Assembly: GCA_964016885.1 (NCBI GenBank)
Contig: OZ024745.1
Coordinates: forward strand, 18,972,001-19,036,000
Direction of reading: 5' to 3'
Length of the DNA: 64,000 nt
Origin: Eledone cirrhosa
Lineage: Eukaryota
Shown in pieces: positions 51,768 to 64,000 of this stretch. The position numbers and the translations under genes are program-made. Positions within the stretch are counted from its first letter, which is position 1; the number at the start of each line of letters is the position of its first letter. The notes beneath the pieces were generated by a model. The model was not told the DNA's origin, made no database searches, and saw only the letters and a list, made by a program, of their open reading frames with translations.

Positions 51768-53132
51768 GTAAGTTCAATTTTAAAAGCTATCATCATCATC
51801 ATTTCATTGTAGCAGCCATCTTTCTATAACCCTTCTCCAACCATTGTAGTTTCTGTAACCAATTGTCAGGTGATTTGTTCTGGCTCTCTCTACTATGAGT
51901 TCAATTCCTGCTGGAGTCAAATTTGCCCCTCAGCCTTAACCTTTTAACATTTAAAACCGGCCGTATTCCAACCAGAATTCTCTTATTTCTTTCTGTTCAA
52001 ACCAGCTGTAACCAGCTGCTTTTATTGATGTTAAGGTATTGTTCTCAACATAAATGATATCAAAATCTCATAGATTCGACATTATGTGAAATAATTATGT
52101 GAGGTAAAGCCTTTACCACAAAATTATAATATTATATATAGAGTAATGTAAATGCTAAAGGGTTAAATAATGTGAAGGTGCATGGCTTAGTAATTAGAGC
52201 ATTGGGCTTGCAATCGAAAGGTTGTGAGTTCAATTCTTGGACCGGATGATGTGTTGTTTCCTTGAGCAAGACACTTTATTTCACATTGCTCCAGTTTACT
52301 CAGCTGTAGAAATGAGATGATAGGACTGGGGTCCCTATCATTAAAATTACCCAAGACACCTCCAACGAGATATACCTTGGAGAGGCCAGCTAAACCTGCA
52401 TATGTGTGAGCTGTCACACACAGACACACAGACACACAAATAATGTACCTGTCCATGACAGACTATTAGATAAAAAGCCTGGTTCTGTCTGTTCTAGCAC
52501 TTGGCATTCTAAGTTCAAAAAATGCCTCAGGATTTCAACTGACAGTACAAAGAGCTAGATCAAATGTCACAAGATATTCTATTAGATACACTAACGACTC
52601 TACCAATTCACCACTTTCACCCATAATCAGGAGAAAAATATCGTTAGATTTATTAGTAATTTTAAAAGTTAACAATAATGCAGATTTTTTTTTTAATAAA
52701 GAGGCAAGGCACATGGCTTAATGTTTAATATGTTGTAATGTCGTCAGTTCAATTCCTTATAGGCTGCTGCATTGTGCTCTTGAGCAAAACACTTTATTTC
52801 ATGTTGCTCCAGTACACTCAGCTGAGAATGAGTACCAGCAGTAGCTGGGGAGTTAAACCTGTAATAAACTGGCATTCTGATCAGGGAGAATATTGTACCT
52901 TCAGTCACTTAATGTCAAGGAAACTGGGGTAAGCACCAGCCTGGTTAGCCTTTCGCTTAGGACAGACTTTAGCTTAACTAAATCTGATGAATAAATCATC
53001 AGATTAGACCAAAGAAACAATATTTCTATTGGTCTTTTTATTGCTGATACTATCTGCCAATTGCAACTCCTGGCAGAAAGAGGCCAGATTTTAACACAGA
53101 ATGCACAGTGCAGGATCAGATACAACAAAGCC

Positions 53133-56100
53133 TTCTGTCTGATTTTCTATCAATTCTGCCAATCCACCATTCTATATGATTCTCTATCAATTCTACCAAT
53201 CAACCATTCTATCTGATACATCATCATCATCATCATCATCATCGTTTAACGTCCATCTTCCACGCTTGCATGTGTTTGGATTCTCTATTAATTCTACCAA
53301 TCCACCATTCTATCTGATTCTCTATCAATTCTACCAATCCACCATTCTATCTGATTCTCTATCAATTCTACCAATCCACCATTCTATCTGATTCTCTATC
53401 AATTCTACCAATCCACAATTGTATCTGATTCTCTATCAATTCTACCAATCCACAATTCTATCTGATTCTCTATCAATTCTACCAATCCACCATTCTATCT
53501 GATACTCTATCAATTCTACCAATCCACAATTCTATCTGATTCTCTATCAATTCTACCAATCCACCATTCTATCTGATAGTCTATCAATTCTACCAATCCA
53601 CAATTCTATCTCATTCTCTATCAATTCTACCAATCCACCATTCTATCTGACTCTCTATCAATTCTACCAATCCACAATTCTATCTGATTCTCTATCAATT
53701 CTACCAATCCATCATTCGATCTGATTCTCTATCAATTCTACCAATCCACCATTCTATCTGATTCTCTATCAATTCTACCAATCCACAATTGTATCTGATT
53801 CTCTATCAATTCTACCAATCCACAATTCTATCTGATTCTCTATCAATTCTACCAATCCACCATTCTATCTGATTCTCTATCAATTCTACCAATCCATCAT
53901 TCTATCTGATTCTCTATCAATTCTACCAATCCACCATTCTATCTGACTCTCTATCAATTCTACCAATCCACAATTCTATCTGATTCTCTATCAATTCTAC
54001 CAATCCACCATTCTATCTGACTCTCTATCAATTCTACCAATCCACCATTCTATCTGACTCTCTATCAATTCTACCAATCCACAATTCTATCTGATTCTCT
54101 ATCAATTCTACCAATCCACCATTCTATCTGACTCTCTATCAATTCTACCAATCCACCATTCTATCTGATGCTCAATCAATTCTACCAATCCATCATTCTA
54201 TCTGATTCTCTATCAATTCTACCAATCCACCATTCTATCTGATTCTCTGTAAATTCTACCAATCTACCATTCTATCTGACTCTCTATCAATTCTACCAAT
54301 CCACCATTCTATCTGATTCTCTATCAATTCTACCAATCCACCATTCTATCTGATTCTCTATCAATTCTACCAATCCACCATTCTATCTGATTCTCTATCA
54401 ATTCTACCAATCTACCATTCTATCTGATTCTCTATCAATTCTACCAATCTACCATTCTATCTGATTCTCTATCAATTCTACCAATCCATAGTTCTATGTG
54501 ATTCTCTATCAATTCTACCAATCAACCATTCTATCTGATTCATCATCATCATCATCATCATCGTTTAACGTCCATCTTCCACGCTTGCATGGGTTTGGAT
54601 TCTCTATCAATTCTACCAATCCACCATTCTATCTGATTCTCTATCAATTCTACCAATCCACCATTCTATCTGATTCTCTATCAATTCTACCAATCCATCA
54701 TTCTATCTGATTCTCTATCAATTCTACCAATCTACCATTCTATCTGATTCTCTATCAATTCTACCAATCCACCATTCTATCTGGTTCTCTATCAATTCTA
54801 CCAATCAACCATTCTATCTGATTCATCATCATCATCATCATCATCGGTTAACGTACATCTTCCACGCTTGCTTGGGTTTGGATTCTCTATCAATTCTACC
54901 AATCCACAATTCTATCTGATTCTCTATCAATTCTACCAATCCACCATTCTATCTGATTCTCTATCAATTCTACCAATGCACCATTCTATCTGATTCTCTA
55001 TCAATTCTACCAATCCATCATTCTATCTGATACTCTATCAATTCTACCAATCCATCATTCTATCCGATTCTCTATCAATTCTACCAATCCACCAATCTAT
55101 CTGATTCTCTATCAATTCTACCAATCCATCATTCTATCTGATTCTCTATCAATTCTACCAATCCACCATTCTATCTGATTCTCTATCAATTCTACCAATC
55201 CACCATTCTATCTGATTCTCTATCAATTCTACCAATCCACCATTCTATCTGATTCTCTATCAATACTACCAATCCACCATTCTATCTGATTCTCTATCAA
55301 TTCTACCAATCCATCATTCTATCTGATTGTCTATCAATTCTACCAATCCATCATTCTATCTGATTCTCTATCAATTCTACCAATCCACCAATCTATCTGA
55401 TTCTCTATCAATTCTACCAATCCATGATTCTATCTGATTCTCTATCAATTCTACCAATCTACCATCCTATCTGATTCTCTATCAATTCTACCAATCCACC
55501 ATTCTATCTGATTCTCTATCAATTCTACCAATCAACCATTCTATCTGATTCATCATCATCATCATCGTCATCATCGGTTAACGTTCATCTTCCACGCTTG
55601 CATGGGTTTGGATTCTCTATCAATTCTACCAATCCACCATTCTATCTGATTCTCTATCAATTCTACCAATCCACCATTCTATCTGATTCTCTATCAATTC
55701 TACCAATCCACAATTGTATCTGATTCTCTATCAATTCTACCAATCCACCATTCTATCTGATTCTCTATCAATTCTACCAATCCACCATTCTATCTGATTC
55801 TCTATCAATTCTACCAATCCACCATTCTATCTGATTCTCTATCAATTCTACCAATCCACCATTCTATCTGATTCTCTATCAATTCTACCAATCCACCATT
55901 CTATCTGATTCTCTATCAATTCTACCAATCCATCATTCTATCTGATTCTCTATCAATTCTACCAATCCATCATTCTATCTGATTCTCTATCAATTCTACC
56001 AATCCACCATTCTATCTGATTCTCTATCAATTCTACCAATCCATCATTCTATCTGATTCTCTATCAATTCTACCAATCTACCATCCTATCTGATTCTCTA

Positions 56101-59100
56101 TCAATTCTACCAATCCACCATTCTATCTGATTCTCTATCAATTCTACCAATCCATAATTCTATGTGATTCTCTATCAATTCTACCAATCAACCATTCTAT
56201 CTGATTCATCATCATCATCATCATCATCATTTAACGTCCATCTTCCACGCTTGCATGGGTTTGGATTCTCTATCAATTCTACCAATCCACAATTCTATCT
56301 GATTCTCTATCAATTCTACCAATCCACAATTCTATCTGATTCTCTATCAATTCTACCAATCCATCATTCTATCTGATTCTCTATCAATTCTACCAATCCA
56401 CAATTGTATCTGATTCTCTATCAATTCTACCAATCCATCATTCTATCTGATTCTCTATCAATTCTACCAATCCACAATTCTATCTGATTCTCTATCAATT
56501 CTACGAATCCATCATTCTATCTGATTCACTATCAATTCTACCAATCCACCATTCTATCTGATTCTCTATCAATTCTACCAATCCACAATTCTATCTGATT
56601 CTCTATCAATTCTACCAATCCATCATTCTATCTGATTCTCTATCAATTCTACCAATCCACCATTCTATCTGATTCTCTATCAATTCTACCAATCCACCAT
56701 TCTGTCTGATTCTCTATCAATTCTACCAATCCACCATTCTATCTGACTCTCTATCAATTCTACCAATCCATCATTCTATCTGATTCTCTATCAATTCTAC
56801 CAATCCATCATTCTATCTGATTCTCTATCAATTCTACCAATCCACAATTGTATCTGATTCTCTATCAATTCTACCAATCCACCATTCTATCTGATTCTCT
56901 ATCAATTCTACCAATCTACCATTCTATCTGATTCTCTATCAATTCTACCAATCCACCATTCTATCTGATTCTCTATCAATTCTACCAATCTACCATTCTA
57001 TCTGATTCTCTATCAATTCTACCAATCAACCATTCTATCTGATTCTCTATCAATTCTACCAATCCACCATTCTATCTGATTCTCTATCAATTCTACCAAT
57101 CCACAATTCTATCTGATTCTCTATCAATTCTACCAATCCACAATTCTATCTGATTCTCTATCAATTCTACCAATCCACCATTCTATCTGATTCTCTATCA
57201 ATTCTACCAATCCACAATTCTATCTGATTCTCTATCAATTCTACCAATCCACAATTCTATCTGATTCTCTATCAATTCTACCAATCCACAATTCTATCTG
57301 ATTCTCTATCAATTCTACCAATGCACCATTCTATCTGATTCTCTATCAATTCTACCAATCCACCATTCTATCTGATTCTCTATCAATTCTACCAATCCAC
57401 AATTCTATCTGATTCTCTATCAATTCTACCAATCCACAATTCTATCTGATTCTCTATCAATTCTACGAATCCATCATTCTATCTGATTCACTATCAATTC
57501 TACCAATCCACAATTCTATCTGATTCTCTATCAATTCTACCAATCCATCATTCTATCTGATTCTCTATCAATTCTACCAATCCACCATTCTATCTGATTC
57601 TCTATCAATTCTACCAATCCACCATTCTGTCTGATTCTCTATCAATTCTACCAATCCACCATTCTATCTGATTCTCTATCAATTCTACCAATCCATCATT
57701 CTATCTGATTCTCTATCAATTCTACCAATCCATCATTCTATCTGATTCTCTATCAATTCTACCAATCCACAATTGTATCTGATTCTCTATCAATTCTACC
57801 AATCCACCATTCTATCTGATTCTCTATCAATTCTACCAATCTACCATTCTATCTGATTCTCTATCAATTCTACCAATCCACCATTCTATCTGATTCTCTA
57901 TCAATTCTACCAATCTACCATTCTATCTGATTCTCTATCAATTCTACCAATCAACCATTCTATCTGATTCTCTATCAATTCTACCAATCCACCATTCTAT
58001 CTGATTCTCTATCAATTCTACCAATCCACAATTCTATCTGATTCTCTATCAATTCTACCAATCCACAATTCTATCTTATTCTCTATCAATTCTACCAATC
58101 CACCATTCTATCTGATTCTCTATCAATTCTACCAATCCACAATTCTATCTGATTCTCTATCAATTCTACCAATCCACAATTCTATCTGATTCTCTATCAA
58201 TTCTACCAATCCACAATTCTATCTGATTCTCTATCAATTCTACCAATGCACCATTCTATCTGATTCTCTATCAATTCTACCAATCCACCATTCTATCTGA
58301 TTCTCTATCAATTCTACCAATCCACAATTCTATCTGATTCTCTATCAATTCTACCAATCCACCATTCTATCTGATTCTCTATCAATTCTACCAATCCACA
58401 ATTCTATCTGATTCTCTATCAATTCTACCAATCCACAATTCTATCTGATTCTCTATCAATTCTACCAATCCACAATTCTATCTGATTCTCTATCAATTCT
58501 ACCAATCCACAATTCTATCTGATTCTCTATCAATTCTACCAATCCACCATTCTATCTGATTCTCTATCAATTCTACCAATCCACAATTCTATCTGATTCT
58601 CTATCAATTCTACCAATCCACAATTCTATCTGATTCTCTATCAATTCTACCAATCCACAATTCTATCTGATTCTCTATCAATTCTACCAATGCACCATTC
58701 TATCTGATTCTCTATCAATTCTACCAATCCACCATTCTATCTGATTCTCTATCAATTCTACCAATCCACAATTCTATCTGATTCTCTATCAATTCTACCA
58801 ATCCACCATTCTATCTGATTCTCTATCAATTCTACCAATCCACAATTCTATCTGATTCTCTATCAATTCTACCAATCCACAATTCTATCTGATTCTCTAT
58901 CAATTCTACCAATCCACAATTCTATCTGATTCTCTATCAATTCTACCAATGCACCATTCTATCTGATTCTCTATCAATTCTACCAATCCACCATTCTATC
59001 TGATTCTCTATCAATTCTACCAATCCACAATTCTATCTGATTCTCTATCAATTCTACCAATCCACCATTCTATCTGATTCTCTATCAATTCTACCAATCT

Positions 59101-62100
59101 ACCATTCTATCTGATTCTCTATCAATTCTACCAATCCACCATTCTATCTGACTCTCTATCAATTCTACCAATCCACAATTCTATCTGATTCTCTATCAAT
59201 TCTACCAATCCACCATTCTATCTGACTCTCTATCAATTCTACCAATCCACCATTCTATCTGACTCTCTATCAATTCTACCAATCCACAATTCTATCTGAT
59301 TCTCTATCAATTCTACCAATCCACCATTCTATCTGACTCTCTATCAATTCTACCAATCCACCATTCTATCTGATTCTCAATCAATTCTACCAATCCATCA
59401 TTCTATCTGATTCTCTATCAATTCTACCAATCCACCATTCTATCTGATTCTCTGTAAATTCTACCAATCTACCATTCTATCTGACTCTCTATCAATTCTA
59501 CCAATCCACCATTCTATCTGATTCTCTATCAATTCTACCAATCCACCATTCTATCTGATTCTCTATCAATTCTACCAATCCACCATTCTATCTGATTCTC
59601 TATCAATTCTACCAATCTACCATTCTATCTGATTCTCTATCAATTCTACCAATCCACCATTCTATCTGATTCTCTATCAATTCTACCAATCCATAGTTCT
59701 ATGTGATTCTCTATCAATTCTACCAATCCACCATTTTATCTGATTCTCTATCAATTCTACCAATCAACCATTCTATCTGATTCATCATCATCATCATCAT
59801 CTTCGTTTAACGTCCATCTTCCACGCTTGCATGGGTTTGGATTCTCTATCAATTCTACCAATCCACCATTCTATCTGATTCTCTATCAATTCTACCAATC
59901 CACCATTCTATCTGATTCTCTATCAATTCTACCAATCTACCATTCTATCTGATTCTCTATCAATTCTACCAATCCATCATTCTATCTGATTCTCTATCAA
60001 TTCTACCAATCTACCATTCTATCTGATTCTCTATCAATTCTACCAATCCACCATTCTATCTGGTTCTCTATCAATTCTACCAATCAACCATTCTATCTGA
60101 TTCATCATCATCATCATCATCATCGGTTAACGTACATCTTCCACGCTTGCATGGGTTTGGATTCTCTATCAATTCTACCAATCCACCATTCTATCTGATT
60201 CTCTATCAATTCTACCAATCCACCATTCTATCTGATTCTCTATCAATTCTACCAATCCACAATTCTATCTGATTCTCTATCAATTCTACCAATCCACCAT
60301 TCTATCTGATTCTCTATCAATTCTACCAATCCACCATTCTATCTGATTCTCTATCAATTCTACCAATCCACCATTCTATCTGATTCTCTATCAATTCTAC
60401 CAATCCACCATTCTATCTGATTCTCTATCAATTCTACCAATCCATCATTCTATCTGATTCTCTATCAATTCTACCAATCCATCATTCTATCTGATTCTCT
60501 ATCAATTCTACCAATCCACCAATCTATCTGATTCTCTATCAATTCTACCAATCCATCATTCTATCTGATTCTCTATCAATTCTACCAATCTACCATCCTA
60601 TCTGATTCTCTATCAATTCTACCAATCCACCATTCTATCTGATTCTCTATCAATTCTACCAATCAACCATTCTATCTGATTCATCATCATCATCATCGTC
60701 ATCATCGGTTAACGTTCATCTTCCACGCTTGCATGGGTTTGGATTCTCTATCAATTCTACCAATCCACCATTCTATCTGATTCTCTATCAATTCTACCAA
60801 TCCACCATTCTATCTGATTCTCTATCAATTCTACCAATCCACAATTGTATCTGATTCTCTATCAATTCTACCAATCCACCATTCTATCTGATTCTCTATC
60901 AATTCTACCAATCCACCATCCTATCTGATTCGCTATCAATTCTACCAATCCACCATTCTATCTGATTCTCTATCAATTCTACCAATCCACCATTCTATCT
61001 GATTCTCTATCAATTCTACCAATCCACCATTCTATCTGATTCTCTATCAATTCTACCAATCCATCATTCTATCTGATTCTCTATCAATTCTACCAATCCA
61101 TCATTCTATCTGATTCTCTATCAATTCTACCAATCCACCATTCTATCTGATTCTCTATCAATTCTACCAATCCATCATTCTATCTGATTCTCTATCAATT
61201 CTACCAATCTACCATCCTATCTGATTCTCTATCAATTCTACCAATCAACCATTCTATCTGATTCATCATCATCATCATCATCATCGTTTAACGTCCATCT
61301 TCCACGCTTGCATGGGTTTGGATTCTCTATCAATTCTACCAATCCATCATTCTATCTGATTCTCTATCAATTCTACCAATCCACAATTGTATCTGATTCT
61401 CTATCAATTCTACCAATCCATCATTCTATCTGATTCTCTATCAATTCTACCAATCCACAATTCTATCTGATTCTCTATCAATTCTACCAATCCATCATTC
61501 TATCTGATTCTCTATCAATTCTACCAATCCACCATTCTATCTGATTCTCTATCAATTCTACCAATCCATCATTCTATCTGATTCTCTATCAATTCTACCA
61601 ATCCACAATTGTATCTGATTCTCTATCAATTCTACCAATCCACCATTCTATCTGATTCTCTATCAATTCTACCAATCCACCATTCTATCTGATTCTCTAT
61701 CAATTCTACCAATCCATCATTCTATCTGATTCTCTATCAATTCTACCAATCCATCATTCTATCTGATTCTCTATCAATTCTACCAATCCACAATTGTATC
61801 TGATTCTCTATCAATTCTACCAATCCACCATTCTATCTGATTCTCTATCAATTCTACCAATCTACCATTCTATCTGATTCTCTATCAATTCTACCAATCA
61901 ACCATTCTATCTGATTCTCTATCAATTCTACCAATCTACCATTCTATCCGATTCTCTATCAATTCTACCAATCAACCATTCTATCTGATTCTCTATCAAT
62001 TCTACCAATCCACAATTTATCTGATTCTCTATCAATTCTACCAATCCACCATTCTATCTGATTCTCTATCAATTCTACCAATCCACAATTATATCTGATT

Positions 62101-63868
62101 CTCTATCAATTCTACCAATCCACAATTCTATCTGATTCTCTATCAATTCTACCAATCCACCATTCTATCTGATTCTCTATCAATTCTACCAATCCACAAT
62201 TCTATCTGATTCCCTATCAATTCTACCAATCCACAATTCTATCTGATTCTCTATCAATTCTACCAATCCACAATTCTATCTGATTCTCTATCAATTCTAC
62301 CAATGCACCATTCTATCTGATTCTCTATCAATTCTACCAATCCACCATTCTATCTGATTCTCTATCAATTCTACCAATCCACAATTCTATCTGATTCTCT
62401 ATCAATTCTACCAATCCACCATTCTATCTGATTCTCTATCAATTCTACCAATCCACAATTCTATCTGATTCTCTATCAATTCTACCAATCCACAATTCTA
62501 TCTGATTCTCTATCAATTGTACCAATCCACAATTCTATCTGATTCTCTATCAATTCTACCAATCCACAATTCTATCTGATTCTCTATCAATTCTACCAAT
62601 CCACCATTCTATCTGATTCTCTATCAATTCTACCAATCCACAATTCTATCTGATTCTCTATCAATTCTACCAATCCACAATTCTATCTGATTCTCTATCA
62701 ATTCTACCAATCCACAATTCTATCTGATTCTCTATCAATTCTACCAATGCACCATTCTATCTGATTCTCTATCAATTCTACCAATGCACCATTCTATCTG
62801 ATTCTCTATCAATTCTACCAATCCACCATTCTATCTGATTCTCTATCAATTCTACCAATCCACAATTCTATCTGATTCTCTATCAATTCTACCAATCCAC
62901 CATTCTATCTGATTCTCTATCAATTCTACCAATCCACAATTCTATCTGATTCTCTATCAATTCTACCAATCCACCATTCTATCTGACTCTCTATCAATTC
63001 TACCAATCCACAATTCTATCTGATTCTCTATCAATTCTACCAATCCACCATTCTATCTGACTCTCTATCAATTCTACCAATCCACCATTCTATCTGACTC
63101 TCTATCAATTCTACCAATCCACAATTCTATCTGATTCTCTATCAATTCTACCAATCCACCATTCTATCTGACTCTCTATCAATTCTACCAATCCACCATT
63201 CTATCTGATTCTCAATCAATTCTACCAATCCATCATTCTATTTGATTCTCTATCAATTCTACCAATCCACCATTCTATCTGATTCTCTGTAAATTCTACC
63301 AATCTACCATTCTATCTGACTCTCTATCAATTCTACCAATCCACCATTCTATCTGATTCTCTATCAATTCTACCAATCCACAATTCTATCTGATTCTCTA
63401 TCAATTCTACCAATCCACCATTCTATCTGACTCTCTATCAATTCTACCAATCCACAATTCTATCTGATTCTCTATCAATTCTACCAATCCACCATTCTAT
63501 CTGACTCTCTATCAATTCTACCAATCCACCATTCTATCTGACTCTCTATCAATTCTACCAATCCACAATTCTATCTGATTCTCTATCAATTCTACCAATC
63601 CACCATTCTATCTGACTCTCTATCAATTCTACCAATCCACCATTCTATCTGATTCTCAATCAATTCTACCAATCCATCATTCTATTTGATTCTCTATCAA
63701 TTCTACCAATCCACCATTCTATCTGATTCTCTGTAAATTCTACCAATCTACCATTCTATCTGACTCTCTATCAATTCTACCAATCCATCATTCTATCTGA
63801 TTCTCTATCAATTCTACCAATCCACAATTCTATCTGATTCTCTATCAATTCTACCAATCCATCATTCA
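53133..63868 (+). repeat. 37-bp satellite array (~10.7 kb) with nine interspersed ~60-bp retroposon-tail inserts
   Basis: Unit ATTCTCTATCAATTCTACCAATCCACCATTCTATCTG. Inserts (CAT)nCGTTTAACGTCCATCTTCCACGCTTGCATGGGTTTGG at ~53219, 54541, 54824, 55551, 56207, 59783, 60103, 60682 and 61264. Confidence 0.97.
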
Positions 63869-64000
63869 TTCACTGGTATTTTTTTCATTGATCCTCAAAG
63901 ATAACCTTACCAGGATTTTAACACAACAATGATCCAGGATAGATACTGAGACATTCATTCAATCCAATGTCCTAATGATTTTCCACCTTTTTGTAATAGT

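Noticed and set aside
53133-63868. CRISPR-like array (37-bp repeats with occasional inserts)
   Set aside because: Repeats are head-to-tail without unique spacers, the inserts are copies of one sequence, there are no cas genes, and the context is eukaryotic.

Overview
This is AT-rich, microsatellite-saturated animal DNA. Its repeat content resembles a cephalopod (octopus-like) genome, which is an inference. Almost all long ORFs in the track are microsatellite or minisatellite artefacts. Real protein-coding content is transposon-derived: two Penelope-like retroelement (PLE) insertions with inverted 3' ends (RT plus C-terminal GIY-YIG), a third PLE 3' fragment, a decayed Helitron, mariner elements, a decayed hAT with a nested gag-like fragment, and LINE fragments. 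One convincing host exon encodes a signal peptide (51681-51767). The most striking signal is about a dozen complete or near-complete hammerhead ribozyme (HHR) motifs plus several half motifs, read by eye from the sequence. They belong to many different sequence families. Several sit in non-coding units of about 260-570 bp with partial-tandem plus inverted (fold-back) architecture, inserted in (TA)n tracts. This suggests a diverse set of retrozyme-like or non-autonomous PLE-mobilised RNAs. One HHR has a compensatory U3-A8 core, one has a ~100-nt stem II, and one hairpin shows a compensatory base change. The last 10.7 kb is a 37-bp satellite derived from the 5' head of a local tRNA-SINE, with a captured retroposon tail marking a ~5.2-kb higher-order duplication.
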